Source: Lingula anatina
Lineage: Eukaryota > Animalia > Brachiopoda
Direction of reading: 5' to 3'
DNA: 64,000 nucleotides
Assembly: GCA_051362555.1 (NCBI GenBank)
Contig: CM120646.1
Coordinates: 806,001-870,000 of the forward strand
Program-made: the position numbers and the translations under genes
Shown here: positions 25,201-38,200 of the stretch, piece after piece
How the letters are laid out: each line of letters starts with the position of its first letter
Numbering within the stretch: the stretch's first letter is position 1
Notes under the pieces: generated by a model
What the model saw: only the letters and a program-made list of their open reading frames with translations
What the model was told of the DNA's origin: nothing
Database searches by the model: none

Positions 25201-28200
25201 CCGTGGAATTCGTTGTACAGAGACCCATCAAGACTGCACGGGAGCCTCTGCCCAGGAACTCTGTGGACACGGAACCTGTGTCAATGTACCAAGGACAAAT
25301 CCTAACTTGGTAGGTCATCGAGGTCAGATCAAGGTCATTTCAAGGTCATTGTTTGTGCTTTTTTAAGGTCATTTGTGATTTCATTTCTACATTGCCAAAA
25401 ATTCATTCTTTGAAGGTTGTTTACTCAGATGTTGATGGGAGTTTTAATAAAATTATTTTTAATAACAAACTAAATTTGAATTTTTCTGTTTTCAGTTAAT
25501 GTGTGATTACGAACAATTTTGACACTTCCAGTTAATAAGATACATATCAATTATGTTCATAAACACAATTCTATTAATTACTCAAGAGGTTTGTTTATGA
25601 AAATGAGTTAAGTACTGGTCTTGCACAGGTCTTTCATTCATCTGGTTCTAAGGAATAAAGAATCTTTAATGAGGCCAGCTACTAACTCCTTTCTATGTCC
25701 TCTCTTCAGCCCAAGTATGACTGTATTTGTGAAGATGGCTGGACCAAGGACAGTGGAAGTAATCCTGCATGTGTGGCTGACATTAACGAATGTGACAGTA
25801 ACAATCCGCCATGTTCAAGTGATCCTCCTGTTCAGTGTATCAACTTACCTGGTACTTTTCACTGTGGAAACTGCCCTGTAGGTAAGTCACGATGTAAAGA
25901 TATATAAAACCAGCAAATGTTTTCCTTGTCATTAACTTTCATACCAAACAGATTTCCATCTACATTTCTTGCCAGTTTTAGCATTAGAATTACATTGTGG
26001 AAGCCTAAATGATGTGTGTGTGTGCATGCATGTGTGTGCGCCCACGTCCTTGTAGACATGTGCGCATGCATATGTACGCATGTGTGTTCTTGGATGTGCA
26101 TAAATATTTTCATTACGATTGTGTACCAAAATACCTATAATCTCAAACCAATCTGTTCTATCATACCACAGGTTACACAGGGAATGGTTTCACATGCAGT
26201 GATGTCAACGAGTGTCTAATTAACAATGGTGGCTGCTCCCAGACCCCCCTGGTACAGTGTATTAACACCCGGGGCAGTAGTGTATGTGGACAGTGCCCAG
26301 CAGGTGAGTGGCCACTCAGTGGACAGTAGGAATAACTGGGTCATAAATGTGCTGTGGTCTGTATATGTTTTGAAGTATGGATTGATAGCTGCTACACGTA
26401 TGGTTTCAAGCTGGCATCTATATTATGGATTAGACATCAAGTAGAGTATCTTTATTTTAGTTATATCTTAGTTTGTAACCCGCTCTAAGAGCTGTTCCTT
26501 TTGCCAGAATAACTTCTGCTTTACTGTTAAAATTAAATATTCCATGAAAATTTACATCATGGTATTTGCATAATTGTTTGTTATGTTAGGTTACCAAGGC
26601 AACGGTCAGGTGTGTCTGCCAGTGTCTGGAGGGGTGTGCAGTTCCAACAATGGCGGATGTCATCCTGTCGCCAGCTGTGTGGAAAATGCAGGTGAGGACC
26701 TGCTTCCCTCGCGCAGTTGATTCTCTTTTGTTTTTATGATTCATTGCACTGTTAGTTATTACCACCAGTGTGTACGCTGGCGGTACTCATGGTTTTAGTC
26801 CCGACCTGTCTTGTTTTCTCCTGTGTTTAAAGTGTGATGAAATACCTCATAGAGATATTAGATTTTAAGATAATGGTAGCTAACCGTCTTACATATCTAA
26901 ACATCTGGTTGTGAATAAAATAGCTAAAGTGGGGATAGTAAAACCTATTTCCTCACAGTGTGCTACTTGCCCATGGAAACAAATATCAGTACCCATTCTT
27001 TAGTTAATGTCCTTGAAGATTAATCCATACATTATAAATTGTTCATCATTATTCTGACACTAGCTGTTGTGGAGGGAAGAACATGTCACTGTCCTCCTGG
27101 TTACCAAGGCAGCGGCATAGGGCCAAGTGGCTGTGTTGCCATAGGAACTGTTGCCCCTGGCAACCCTTGCTTCAACAACCCATGTGGCAGCAATGGACAG
27201 TGTCAGGTTGGTTTGTGTTCTGTTTCAGGAATTTGTATAATCCAATTTATAAAAGATCTTCAAAGGAACCTGTATTATTTATTGGAATAGTTTGGAATAT
27301 CTGCACTATATGACAGTTGAACTTTATGTACTTTATGTTGCTCTTTGGTCAAGTTTTTAGCTGTGGACTATATCTCGATTGGATGAGTGGATAAAAAGTG
27401 TGAAATAATGCAATGTTAATTTTATATATCTCTTAACCTGAGAATATTGTATTCATGAAATGAAATTGAATAATTCCACAAGATTTTTCAGTAAACGTCT
27501 TCAATATAAACACGTTGGTCTGGTCTGTTTCTAATAAAGTGATTATCATGTGTTCAGTAATGGGAGAGATCCAAGAAAAGTATGATATTCAATATATTTC
27601 AGGTGAATGGCAACACATACCAGTGTATATGTAACCCAGGCTGGTCAGGTTCTAACTGTCAGGTCAATATCAACGAGTGCGCTAGCAGTCCCTGTCAAAA
27701 TGGCGGCACTTGCGTGGACGGTGTGAACAGGTTTCAGTGTCAGTGTCCCAGTACACACACTGGTACCACTTGTCAGACACCTGTGGGTGAGTTATGAATT
27801 TATCTTTTTATTTGAAGTGGTTGTTTTAATTAAGCCCTGATAGCCCTGATATGATTAGCTGACAGTTTAACCAATAGCAAGATACCACATCTTATTTGTT
27901 TGAAAAGAACAGTTTAGTGAACCAGATGGTTAAGGACTGCATGTTTACTAGCTGTGGTATGAACACCTCTGCTGGAGATCTCTAGAGTTCTAAATCTCTG
28001 TTCCAGGCTGTGGAGTAGCCCTCACTGGAGAGACAGGTTCTCTCTCCTTCCCAGTACCCAATGGTCAGGAATATCCTCATGGGGTCAGCTGTGCCTGGAC
28101 CATCACCACTACTGTGAACAAGGTAAAGTGATCTCAGTGGAGACTCGAGTATGCTCCCCCCAGAGACCCCAGTACCCCCCACCCCCCACCCCCCCAATAC

Positions 28201-30747
28201 CCTCCTGTACTCGGTTGTCAGCTGAGATTGATTTTTTCCAAGAAAGCATAATACTGGATCATAACAAAAAAGCAAAGTTGTTGAAAAATATTAGAAAAAC
28301 TCAGTTTGTGCAAGTGTGTGAACGTGGCCACAAGTAAAATTTTTTATTGTAAGTATCTGATCAAGTCAGAAATGTTGTGACAATAATTAAGTTGCATACA
28401 AATAGATTAATTTATATCTGTTCTGTTACAGGTGATAAATGTCCAGTTTACACGGTTTGATATAGAATACCATCAGAACTGTGATTACGACTTCCTTCAA
28501 ATCCACGATGGTCTGACGGCTTCAGCGTACCAGATTGGGAAATTCTGCGGCAACAGGGCACCACTGAATGGTACATTTAACAGCACTCATCACCAGCTTT
28601 ACTTTTGGTTCAGATCTGATGGGTCAGTAGCTGGACATGGCTTTGCATTGCAGTGGACCACAATGGACCCATGTGAGTAATGTTAAATCAGTAAGTTGTA
28701 TGTGATGAACATAAAACCGTGTTGAGATAAACCCATCATACTAACTGGATTGATCCAACTCGGTGGGGGATTATTGCCAAAGTGCATTCAGTATTATCAG
28801 TTTAATTGTCTGATACGCCTCCTCAAGTGAAAGAACTTCGGAGAGCCAAGTGTGCAGGATAGTTAATAACCTCCTTGGGTTTGAAAGCAAAAAAATAATA
28901 AAATAATTAATGCCTGATTACCAAAGTAGTTATGAAGATGTTTTCATTATGCTTAAAGTTTTTTGTCATATTTGACTGATAACTTAGCAACTGATGTTGT
29001 ATTACATCTGATAAGATCTTATAGATCATGTTCACTGTATTGTATATTCTGTTCATGTAGACTGCGGTGGTGTAATAAGTAACAGAACACACGGGTCAAT
29101 CCAAAGTCCTGGTTACCCTGGCAACTACCCTCACAACCGCGACTGTGTATGGACCATCGCCGTGGCAACCACCAAGAAAATTTTGTTCACATTTGGGACT
29201 CTGGCTTTGGAGCACCATGACAACTGCTCATATGATTTCTTGGAGGTGAGTTCTCTGGTTTATTTGAATTTTTACTCAATTAATTTGATATAGAGACATG
29301 AATTGTTTATAGTGTCATAAGTGATTTAATAAAGATGAAGTAAAATGGGACAGAAAGTTTTTAAGGTAAAATGTGATATAGATTTTCATATAGTGAAATG
29401 TGATAGATAATTGTATGAAGTGAAATGTGATAGATTCATGATGTAAAATGTAGCAGAAAGTTTCATGAAGTAAAAAGGATAGCTTTATGAATTAAAATGT
29501 GATAAAAAGTTGTATGAAGTAAAATGTGATAGTAAGTTTTATGAAGATCAGTTTGAAGCTTACTAAAAGAAAACAATTAAAATCTTTCCACCAGCTATGA
29601 TAAATGAAACTTTTAAGTTTACTAAAAAATTGGCAGAGCAGCTTCAATTGAAGCCCTCCCCCCTTCCCCTCTGTACCCTTTGTTAATGTCCCATTTTCAG
29701 CCCTCACAGAACAAGAAAGCCCAGGTGTTACACCATGTCTATGTTGACATAATGTTTATTGCACTGACAAGTGGCTGTTGGTGTTGGAGTTATGTGACAG
29801 AATCATTCAACAAACATTGCTGATAATTGAAGTTGAAGTGGTGACTGTGGTTTATTATGGGACTTCAGCGGGTTATCACACAGTGGCTCATAAAAGGAAG
29901 GAGTTTAAACTCGTCCCACCCTGTGCTAGGTCTTTTTAAAAAGTATTTATACGTATAATGATTTATTGCTTTAATGTGAGTAGTGAGAGGGTATTGGGTA
30001 AGAAATGGAGGATATTCTGAATCAGACAGATTGAATCTGCTCCCCCTCTACCCTCCTACCCCCCTACCCCCCCCCTACTCCCCCATTAAAACATTTTCAC
30101 CCCAGGAAGTTTGTTTCAGTATATGTAACTGCACCATAAAATATAACCAAAGAAAATTAGTGCCCTGATCATGAGTAACTTAAGTGCCAAGAAGGGCTTT
30201 ATTTATTACCTAACAAACTATAAAAGTGAATAGAAAGTGACCCTGCCCAACAAGTATTATGATGTATAATAGTATATATAACTGTGAAACGTTTTCACTT
30301 TTATGAAAACATAAAAATGGAAAAATGTTTATTACTTTTTTGTCAGCTCATCATACGTATAGTATTATATATTTAATCAAGGATAGGTTTATGCCAACAG
30401 AGCATTAATAGTTTGCTTGTATAGTATTTTAATGTTTAAAAACTCTGTATGTGTGTTTGTACATGTTGTGAACTTGTTCATGTGTGTGTGCCCACGTTGT
30501 GCGTGTGCCCCGTATGCATGGTTTTTCATAAACATATTCATTTATTCATGTATGAATAAATTTGACTATTTCCAGCTACGAGACGGACTGTTAGAGACAG
30601 ATCCCCTGTTGGGAAGGTACTGTAGCACCTCTGAACCCGCCCCTATCAGGACGACAGGCCCCGTGGCCCAGGTCAGGTTTCACTCTGACGAGAGCCTCAG
30701 TGACAGGGGCTTCCACATCACCTACTCTGAAGTGGACGGTAATATTG

Positions 30748-30793
<46 letters not shown>

Positions 30794-32242
30794 AATGCAA
30801 TATTTCAGTATTTTTGATGGAAAAAGTGATAACTTATAGCAAGATTATAAACATCAGGTAATATCATGTAAATAGCATGGGCTTCATTTTCTCATTCAAA
30901 AAGGTCAATGAAGGTTTTGTTAATAACTTCAATCCTCTTTCCCAGTGTCTCACTTTCTCAGGCTCATAAAAAAAATAATTTTCCTATTTTTCATCTCTGA
31001 TGAATCCTTCAGGTCCAGTCACCTGTGGTGGAGACTACACCTCCGGCAATGGCGTCATCATCTCTCCCAACTACCCCAACCCTTACAACCACAATGACCA
31101 GTGTATATGGACGGTCACTGTGCCGGTCACGGAGGTCATCACACTGACCTTTACCAACATGGACCTGGAGGCCCACTCCAACTGTCAGTTTGACTATGTG
31201 GAGGTGAGATATCCCTGGGTTGTAAATATTTTAAGTGATTCATTTTGATGAATTGATAAAATGTGCATGTACTCTGCCCTCTTCTGGGTCTTCTGGAAGA
31301 GGAACAGAATTTTTCAAGTTTATACTGATGGGCATCTAATTTTTTCTGTCAGAATGTATTTTAATATTTTCTTGTGATGAATTGACGACATGTGTGGATA
31401 CTTACGAATATAGTATAGCTTGTATTAGTGATGATTTGTGCGAGATATTCATTGTCAGAAATCAATTTCTGTATTATTTGCTTGATATTAATTAAAAGAT
31501 TATATAAGTTCTTAACAGTGTGCTTCAAATACTGATTAAAAACATGTTGGTGATGAATATTTTGTTGACCATTTTTTGACATTCACCATTTAAAGTCTGA
31601 TTGGTCAGTTGTCCAGTGACAGAAGTGAACAACAACAACTGTTTGCAGTTTAAAATGCACTCCATATGATCAGTGTCATTGTTTTTATTTTTATAAATGG
31701 GGAAAATCAAACTGTTTATTTGCAGGTGAGGGACGGAGGCAATGAGTACGCAGATCTTGTAGGGCGTTACTGTGGCACACAGCTCCCAGCCACGTTTGTT
31801 TCCAGTATCAACAGACTCTGGGTGAAGTTCAAGTCTGACGTGTCCAACAGAGGGTCAGGGTTCAGAGCCACCTGGAATGTGGGTAAGAAAATGCACATTT
31901 TTTATTCTTATATTGCATAAATTTATTTTTTCTTTAATATAATATATTGTATTGGATTATATTGTATTGTATTGCCTTGACAGTAGTGCATTTGATTACA
32001 AAATTTTAAAAAATCAATCTAAACATCAATTTTTATGCAGACAAATTTTAAGAGCCATGTTTCAAAATCTGGAATTATTGAACTGATTGACAATTTTGAA
32101 AATGAGCGTCTTGACCACCAACGAAGTTTTTGCTTAGACGTTACTCTCTTAGTTATCAGCCTGACTCAAAATTGGACAGATTTTGATTTGGTTAGAATTG
32201 AGCTAACTTGAAAGCAATAAGGTTGTGGTGATCCTTTATTTG

Positions 32243-32282
<40 letters not shown>

Positions 32283-35200
32283 TTGGGTAGGTGGAGATCT
32301 GTGTTCACTGGATTCTTCTCGAGATTAAACAGATCTAGCTAATGACATTATTCTGTATTCCAGCATGTGGCGGCAGGTTCACCACCCCCACAGGCAGCCT
32401 CCATTCCCCGTACTTCCCTGGTAACTATCCCAATGAGAAGGAGTGTATCTACATCATAGCACAGCCCAGAGGGACCAGAATTACTCTCACATTCCAGAAC
32501 TTTGATATTGAGGCAGGGAACAATGATAACTGTAATTATGATTACTTGGAGGTGAGGATCGTGTTTTTCTTCTTTAATTTATATTAGATGAATACAACAG
32601 TGTAAGAAGTATTTTTAATGGTCATTTGGCCTAGTGTAAAAACTTAATCCCACTTTTAATGTAATAAACTATCAGGCCTGACATGATTTCATATTTAAAT
32701 TCTCCAGGTACGAGATGGTAGTGGCCCAGAAGCCAACCTTATTGGACGCTACTGTGGCAATGCTGTGCCAGCACCAGTGACATCTAGTGCCAATAATATG
32801 TGGTTAAAATTCAAGTCCGATGGCTCTGTACAAAACCATGGCTTCCTGGCCACATATGAAACCACTGACACAGGGACAGGTAAGGAAAGTGGGAAATGAA
32901 ATAATGAAAAACTATCTGATTGAGAATTTTCAGAGGAAAGATTTTTCAACTAGCAATTGTCTAGTGAAGTTTGTTTTCGATTTGTAATTCTGTTGTATAA
33001 AGAATATTTTCCAAAAACATTGCTGAGGAGACAGAAGGCCATTAAGTCAAGAACATTCCATATATCTTGCCAGTTTTAAGTTAATTATCAGGAAAACTCT
33101 CCATATTGTGTTTTACCTTTCTTTTGCTTTCCATTACTTCAGTGATTAATGGTCACATTATGGCCTTGTTTTTCATTCAGATTGTGGTGGTAGCCTAACT
33201 GGTCAGGCTGGGTCATTCCACAGCCCTGGTCACCCCAATGTCTACCCCCATGGGGTCAACTGCACCTGGACAATCACTGTGGACCCTGGATATATTGTCC
33301 GGCTGACCTTCCTGACTTTTAGCATGGAGGCTGATGCTAACTGCCGCTATGACTATGTTGAACTTTTTGACAGTGGAAATGAGACCTCCCCCATTGGAAA
33401 TTCATTAGGAAGGTATGTTTTGTGAACTATCAAGGTATTACACATATCTTCTAAACTTAAATAAATTTTAAAATCTAGTAAAACGCAAGTGCAGACCTCC
33501 ATCAAAACAAATAATTGACTATTAACCATTAAATTTTTAATAAATCATCACCAAAATCTAATCACTTTTAAGTTATTTATTAATTTGAAGCATTTCTTAT
33601 ATATCCTGTAAATTTCTTCAAAATTCATCAATAGCTTTTTGAGTAAGGCTGATGTTGAATAAATGAATAAACAAACTGAGTTGTAAAAGAACCTTTTTGG
33701 CAGAGGTAAAGATGTACACTGGTGTAGTTATCTGCTAGTTGTGCCATAATTTTCTACCCACAATTCCAGGTACTGTGGCTCCACCATGCCTCCCGCCAGG
33801 CAGTCCAGAGAGAACAGCCTCACCGTTGTCTTGGTAACAGACTCTAGTGTGTCACACGAAGGGTTCGCTGCCAGTTATGTGGCACTCAATGGCAGTGTGT
33901 GTAAGTAACTGATATATTTTATTTGGTGACATTTGCACCTTGTGAAGCTGATGAAAATGTACACAGTTGATAAGCAATACAGTAATTACTGTCTTTTCAG
34001 AGGGGGATATTGTAATTTTTTTAAACATTGTATTTTTAAGTCATAAATTCTTAAAGTTAAAACATTACTATTGAGTGGTAGCAACAAAAAATTAAAAAGC
34101 AGGCTACTCTATGATTTTATTATGTGCAGTAAATTGTGGTACCACCGTAGATAAGCACCACCAATGCCACACAGAAATACAATTTTTGTGGCTATAAATT
34201 TATGTCTAAAAGTTTGATAATTTTTGCCCATTGAGAAGATCCGAGTAATTACCATATGGTCTTAATTTGGTTCATCAGCTAGGCTGTTCATTGCCTACAC
34301 AATACAGCCATGCTACTGGCATCCTCCATATTTTATGGGCCGCTGTCCTGACATTGTTGACCTCTGTGTTTTCCAGCATGTCACTATGAGTTAACAGACC
34401 TGGTAGGTGTAATCACTAGTCCAGGGTGGCCAGGTGGTTATCCCCATCAGAAGACTTGTGAATGGACCATCAGTGTACCTCAGGACCACCAGATACAGCT
34501 GAATATTACTGACTTCCAGCTGGAGCAACATGCCAACTGTGACTATGACTACCTAGAGATCAGGTGGGGCATGGAGATTAGTTCAAAATTCACAAACAGC
34601 TCTCTTATTATGTTGTCTTAATGTTTTTCAAAGATTGGTTTTCCCGTCATTGCTAGTTGCTTTTCTGCCAACTTCGATTTGGATTAAATCTGCCAAGGGC
34701 AGGTTTAGGATAGGAAGTGGTACATGTGCCTATGTGAGTGCGTGCATGTGTGTGCGTGTGTGTGTGAGAGAGAGTTGGGAGAGTAGGTCAAAAGGCTTTA
34801 TCCATCTGTGGGCACTGACCAGTGTTTGTTGATTATTTCAGAAATGGTGGCTACGTGACATCGCCTCTCATCGGCACATACTGTGGTACCACCATAGATA
34901 ACCCTATCCGTTCCCATAGCAACAGAATGTACCTCAAGTTCAAATCCGACGTCTCTCAGACTGCTCCAGGGTTCAGGATTTTCTATGATGGTTCGAGTAC
35001 AGGTAAAGAAATCCAAAACTTTATGGCAGCTGTATTATTTTCACAAAGATAATTTTATTTTTGATGAAGGTTTGAGTTGTTGAGTTCCCTTAGTTCAGTG
35101 TTGTTTCTGATAAAGTATCATGGGTACAAATTTAACATTTTGAATTGTCAATTGACGCATATCTCAGGAACTTGCCAGCACATTTCAAATTGACATGTCA

Positions 35201-38200
35201 ATTCATCCCTGAAGTTTAATTACAGAGCTAGCTGAACATGGCTTTTTTTCATGATCATCTTACTCTCATAATTCTTCTTCTAACATTATTATAATTCACC
35301 GTGCTAGGCTGTGGTGGTATACTAACGACACCTAGTGGCAGTCTAACGTCTCCCAACTACCCCGCGGCCTACGGACACAATGCTGAGTGTTACTGGATCA
35401 TACAGGTGGCAGAGGGCAGCACCATACAGCTCATGTTCCTGGACTTTGATATTGAGGCTCACACCAGCTGTGCATATGACTATGTGGAGGTAGGTGGTGG
35501 TTGTTTGACATATGCGCTTAATGAAAAAACGGAACATTCGTCAATTGAATATAAGTAAGTCCAATGAAATTTGTGTAAATTGATATTGAAAATGGTTAAT
35601 CATACGATTCCCACTGAGTTTGTTGAAAAGAAAGCATAACTTTTTGTGCCTAAATTTCCAGATCAGAGAGTCAGATGCCAATGGCGCCAGACTTGCCAGG
35701 TACTGTGGCGGGCAGACTCCGCAGGGGGTCAGTTCTAGGACCAATCAGATGTGGATTAAGATGAGGACAGACTACTCCAACAGTGGCAGAGGTTTCTTAG
35801 CTGGCTACAATGCCTGTAAGTTGTCAGACTGCAAACAGTTATTACCTTGCTTTCAACTGTTGAACAGTTACCTTGCTTTTAAGTGTTAAGGATTTTTAGC
35901 AGTTTATATGCAGAATAATAATATGACACCATATAGAGTACAAATAATTTTTATTATACTTCTGCATCATCAGAGAGTGTACCTCTTATAGATGTATGGA
36001 ATTTATAGCATGTTTGTTTTTCATCGAAGAATATATTTACAGCATGTAACACAGCTCACTCACAAATATGGTGATATAGAGAATCCAAATACAGCAATAT
36101 CCCATCATTTTTGTGTGTCACAGTAGCAAATCATCATATTTTCAGTATGTAACACAAGACTCACAGCCAGGCGGGGTGCTATAGAAAGTCCAAACTTCCC
36201 CCAGCCGTACCCCCATGCTAGGGAGTGTACCTGGGTGATAGAGGCTACCCTGGGGAATACTGTGAATATCTCCTTCTCTCACCTGGATATAGAGGCACAT
36301 GGCACCTGTAACTATGATTATGTGGAGGTATGGTATTATTGTCTGCTATTGTCAAATAGAAGTCTAGTGTTTACGCTATGTTCCTTTTGGTGTATTATGT
36401 TTAAATGGAAAAAAGTTTTTCATCCCAAAAAAATTTATATCTTATTTCATTTTTTAAAAGAAGGCAATGGAATAGTTTCACTTTTTGCAGTAGCCAGATT
36501 TTACTTTAAGAACATATTCTTGATAATGTGGGCAATTTTCAAAAAGAAAAATTTTATACTGACATTTTAAAACAAACAAACAAACAAACATTCATTGTGA
36601 AAGTTGATCAGCCTTCTTTAAGAGATTATATTATTAATAAAAAATTCCTGGACACATAAGATAAAAGGCAATATTTTTAATGAATATTTCTTTGAAACCT
36701 TAGATCAGAGATGGTCAAGACGAGAATGCCAACTCCCTGGGTAAATTCTGCGGCCAGAATGTGCTGCCCCCTGCCATGGCGTCCAGTGGACAGTACTTGT
36801 GGGTCAAGTTTAAGTCTGACGCCAGTGTGGCCAGCAATGGATTCAGACTGGAGTGGGTGATGAATGGTAAGTGACCACCTGGAACATGGTCAGTCTTTTC
36901 TGTTTCTTCTGTCTGTGTCTTAGCCCTTTATTTTATTGTCAAAGTCTAGTGGTCTCTCTCTCTCTCCCTCTCGCCTTTCTAATGTATTGATATACTTTGT
37001 GTTAAGTTCATGTAGTTAAGAGAAGATGGTATATAAAAGTCAATTCAGATTGATTTACACACGAGTGTGTGCGTGCATGCATCTGTGTGCACTTTAAACA
37101 CTCACTATTTCTGCATTCCAGGCTGTGGAGATGACCTAAGTGGTGACACAGGTAGTTTCAGCAGTCCTGGCTACCCCAACCCCTACCCCCACCGCCAGGT
37201 CTGTATATGGACCATCACTGTGCCAACAGGAAAGTCTGTGGAGCTGACCATCAGTGACTTTGATCTGGAGTCTCATTCCAGCTGTAATTATGATGTACTG
37301 GAGGTGAGAGGGGATTGTTTTATCAAAAGTTCTTCAAACTAAAATATTTTGATACCAATAGCTCAGCTGTAAGCTAACATTATGAAAATGTATAAGTTTG
37401 TGTTTTATAATTATCATATATGAGCCAATTACCAAGCTATGACCATTTTTGCTCAGTTCTATAAGCATAGAGATGAGAGTTTTCTAACTATTGACCTTTT
37501 GGGAGGCAAAAATATCACTGGCCTAGGCAGTTCCCTGGCCCCCATGCCATATTTTCTGACAATTCACTAAATGGCTATCTCATCCCTGCTTCTGATAATA
37601 TTATCAGCTTACGTGACATTTTCTGTGTCATCCAGGTATTTGGAGGTGTAGATGACACAGCTCCTAGACTGACCCAGCTGTGCCACACCCAGACAGACCC
37701 CCAGGTGGTGCAGAGTACAGGCAACAAGATGTTCATCAGGTTTAAGAGTGACGTCTCCGTGAACGGACGCGGGTTCACTGCCACATACCTGTCTAAAGAT
37801 GGAGGTGAGGTGGTTGGCTGCTTCTTATGACTTTCCACAATAATGTCTTAAAGTTCATATGTAGGCTAGGCTTAGGGTGCTTTCCCAGAGATTTAGATCG
37901 ATCTAAAGATTAAGATTTAGATCGACCTAACTCCCTGGGGGTTCACGCTAAATTGCAGTCAGCCGAGCGGGCACCATAGTTAATTACCCCCTTACAGCTT
38001 TTAATAGGCGGGACAGACGCTTAAGCTGGCCAAGCTGACAGTAATCTAGTGAGACTCCCCACAGGGATAGATTGATGTGAAAATCTATGGAAATGGGGTG
38101 TTAGACTGCTTAACTCAGATACCCGACTTCATATATTTGACAAAGTGATATTGGTCTACAAGGTATAAAAATGTTAAACCCCCAATAAATTTTAATGGAC

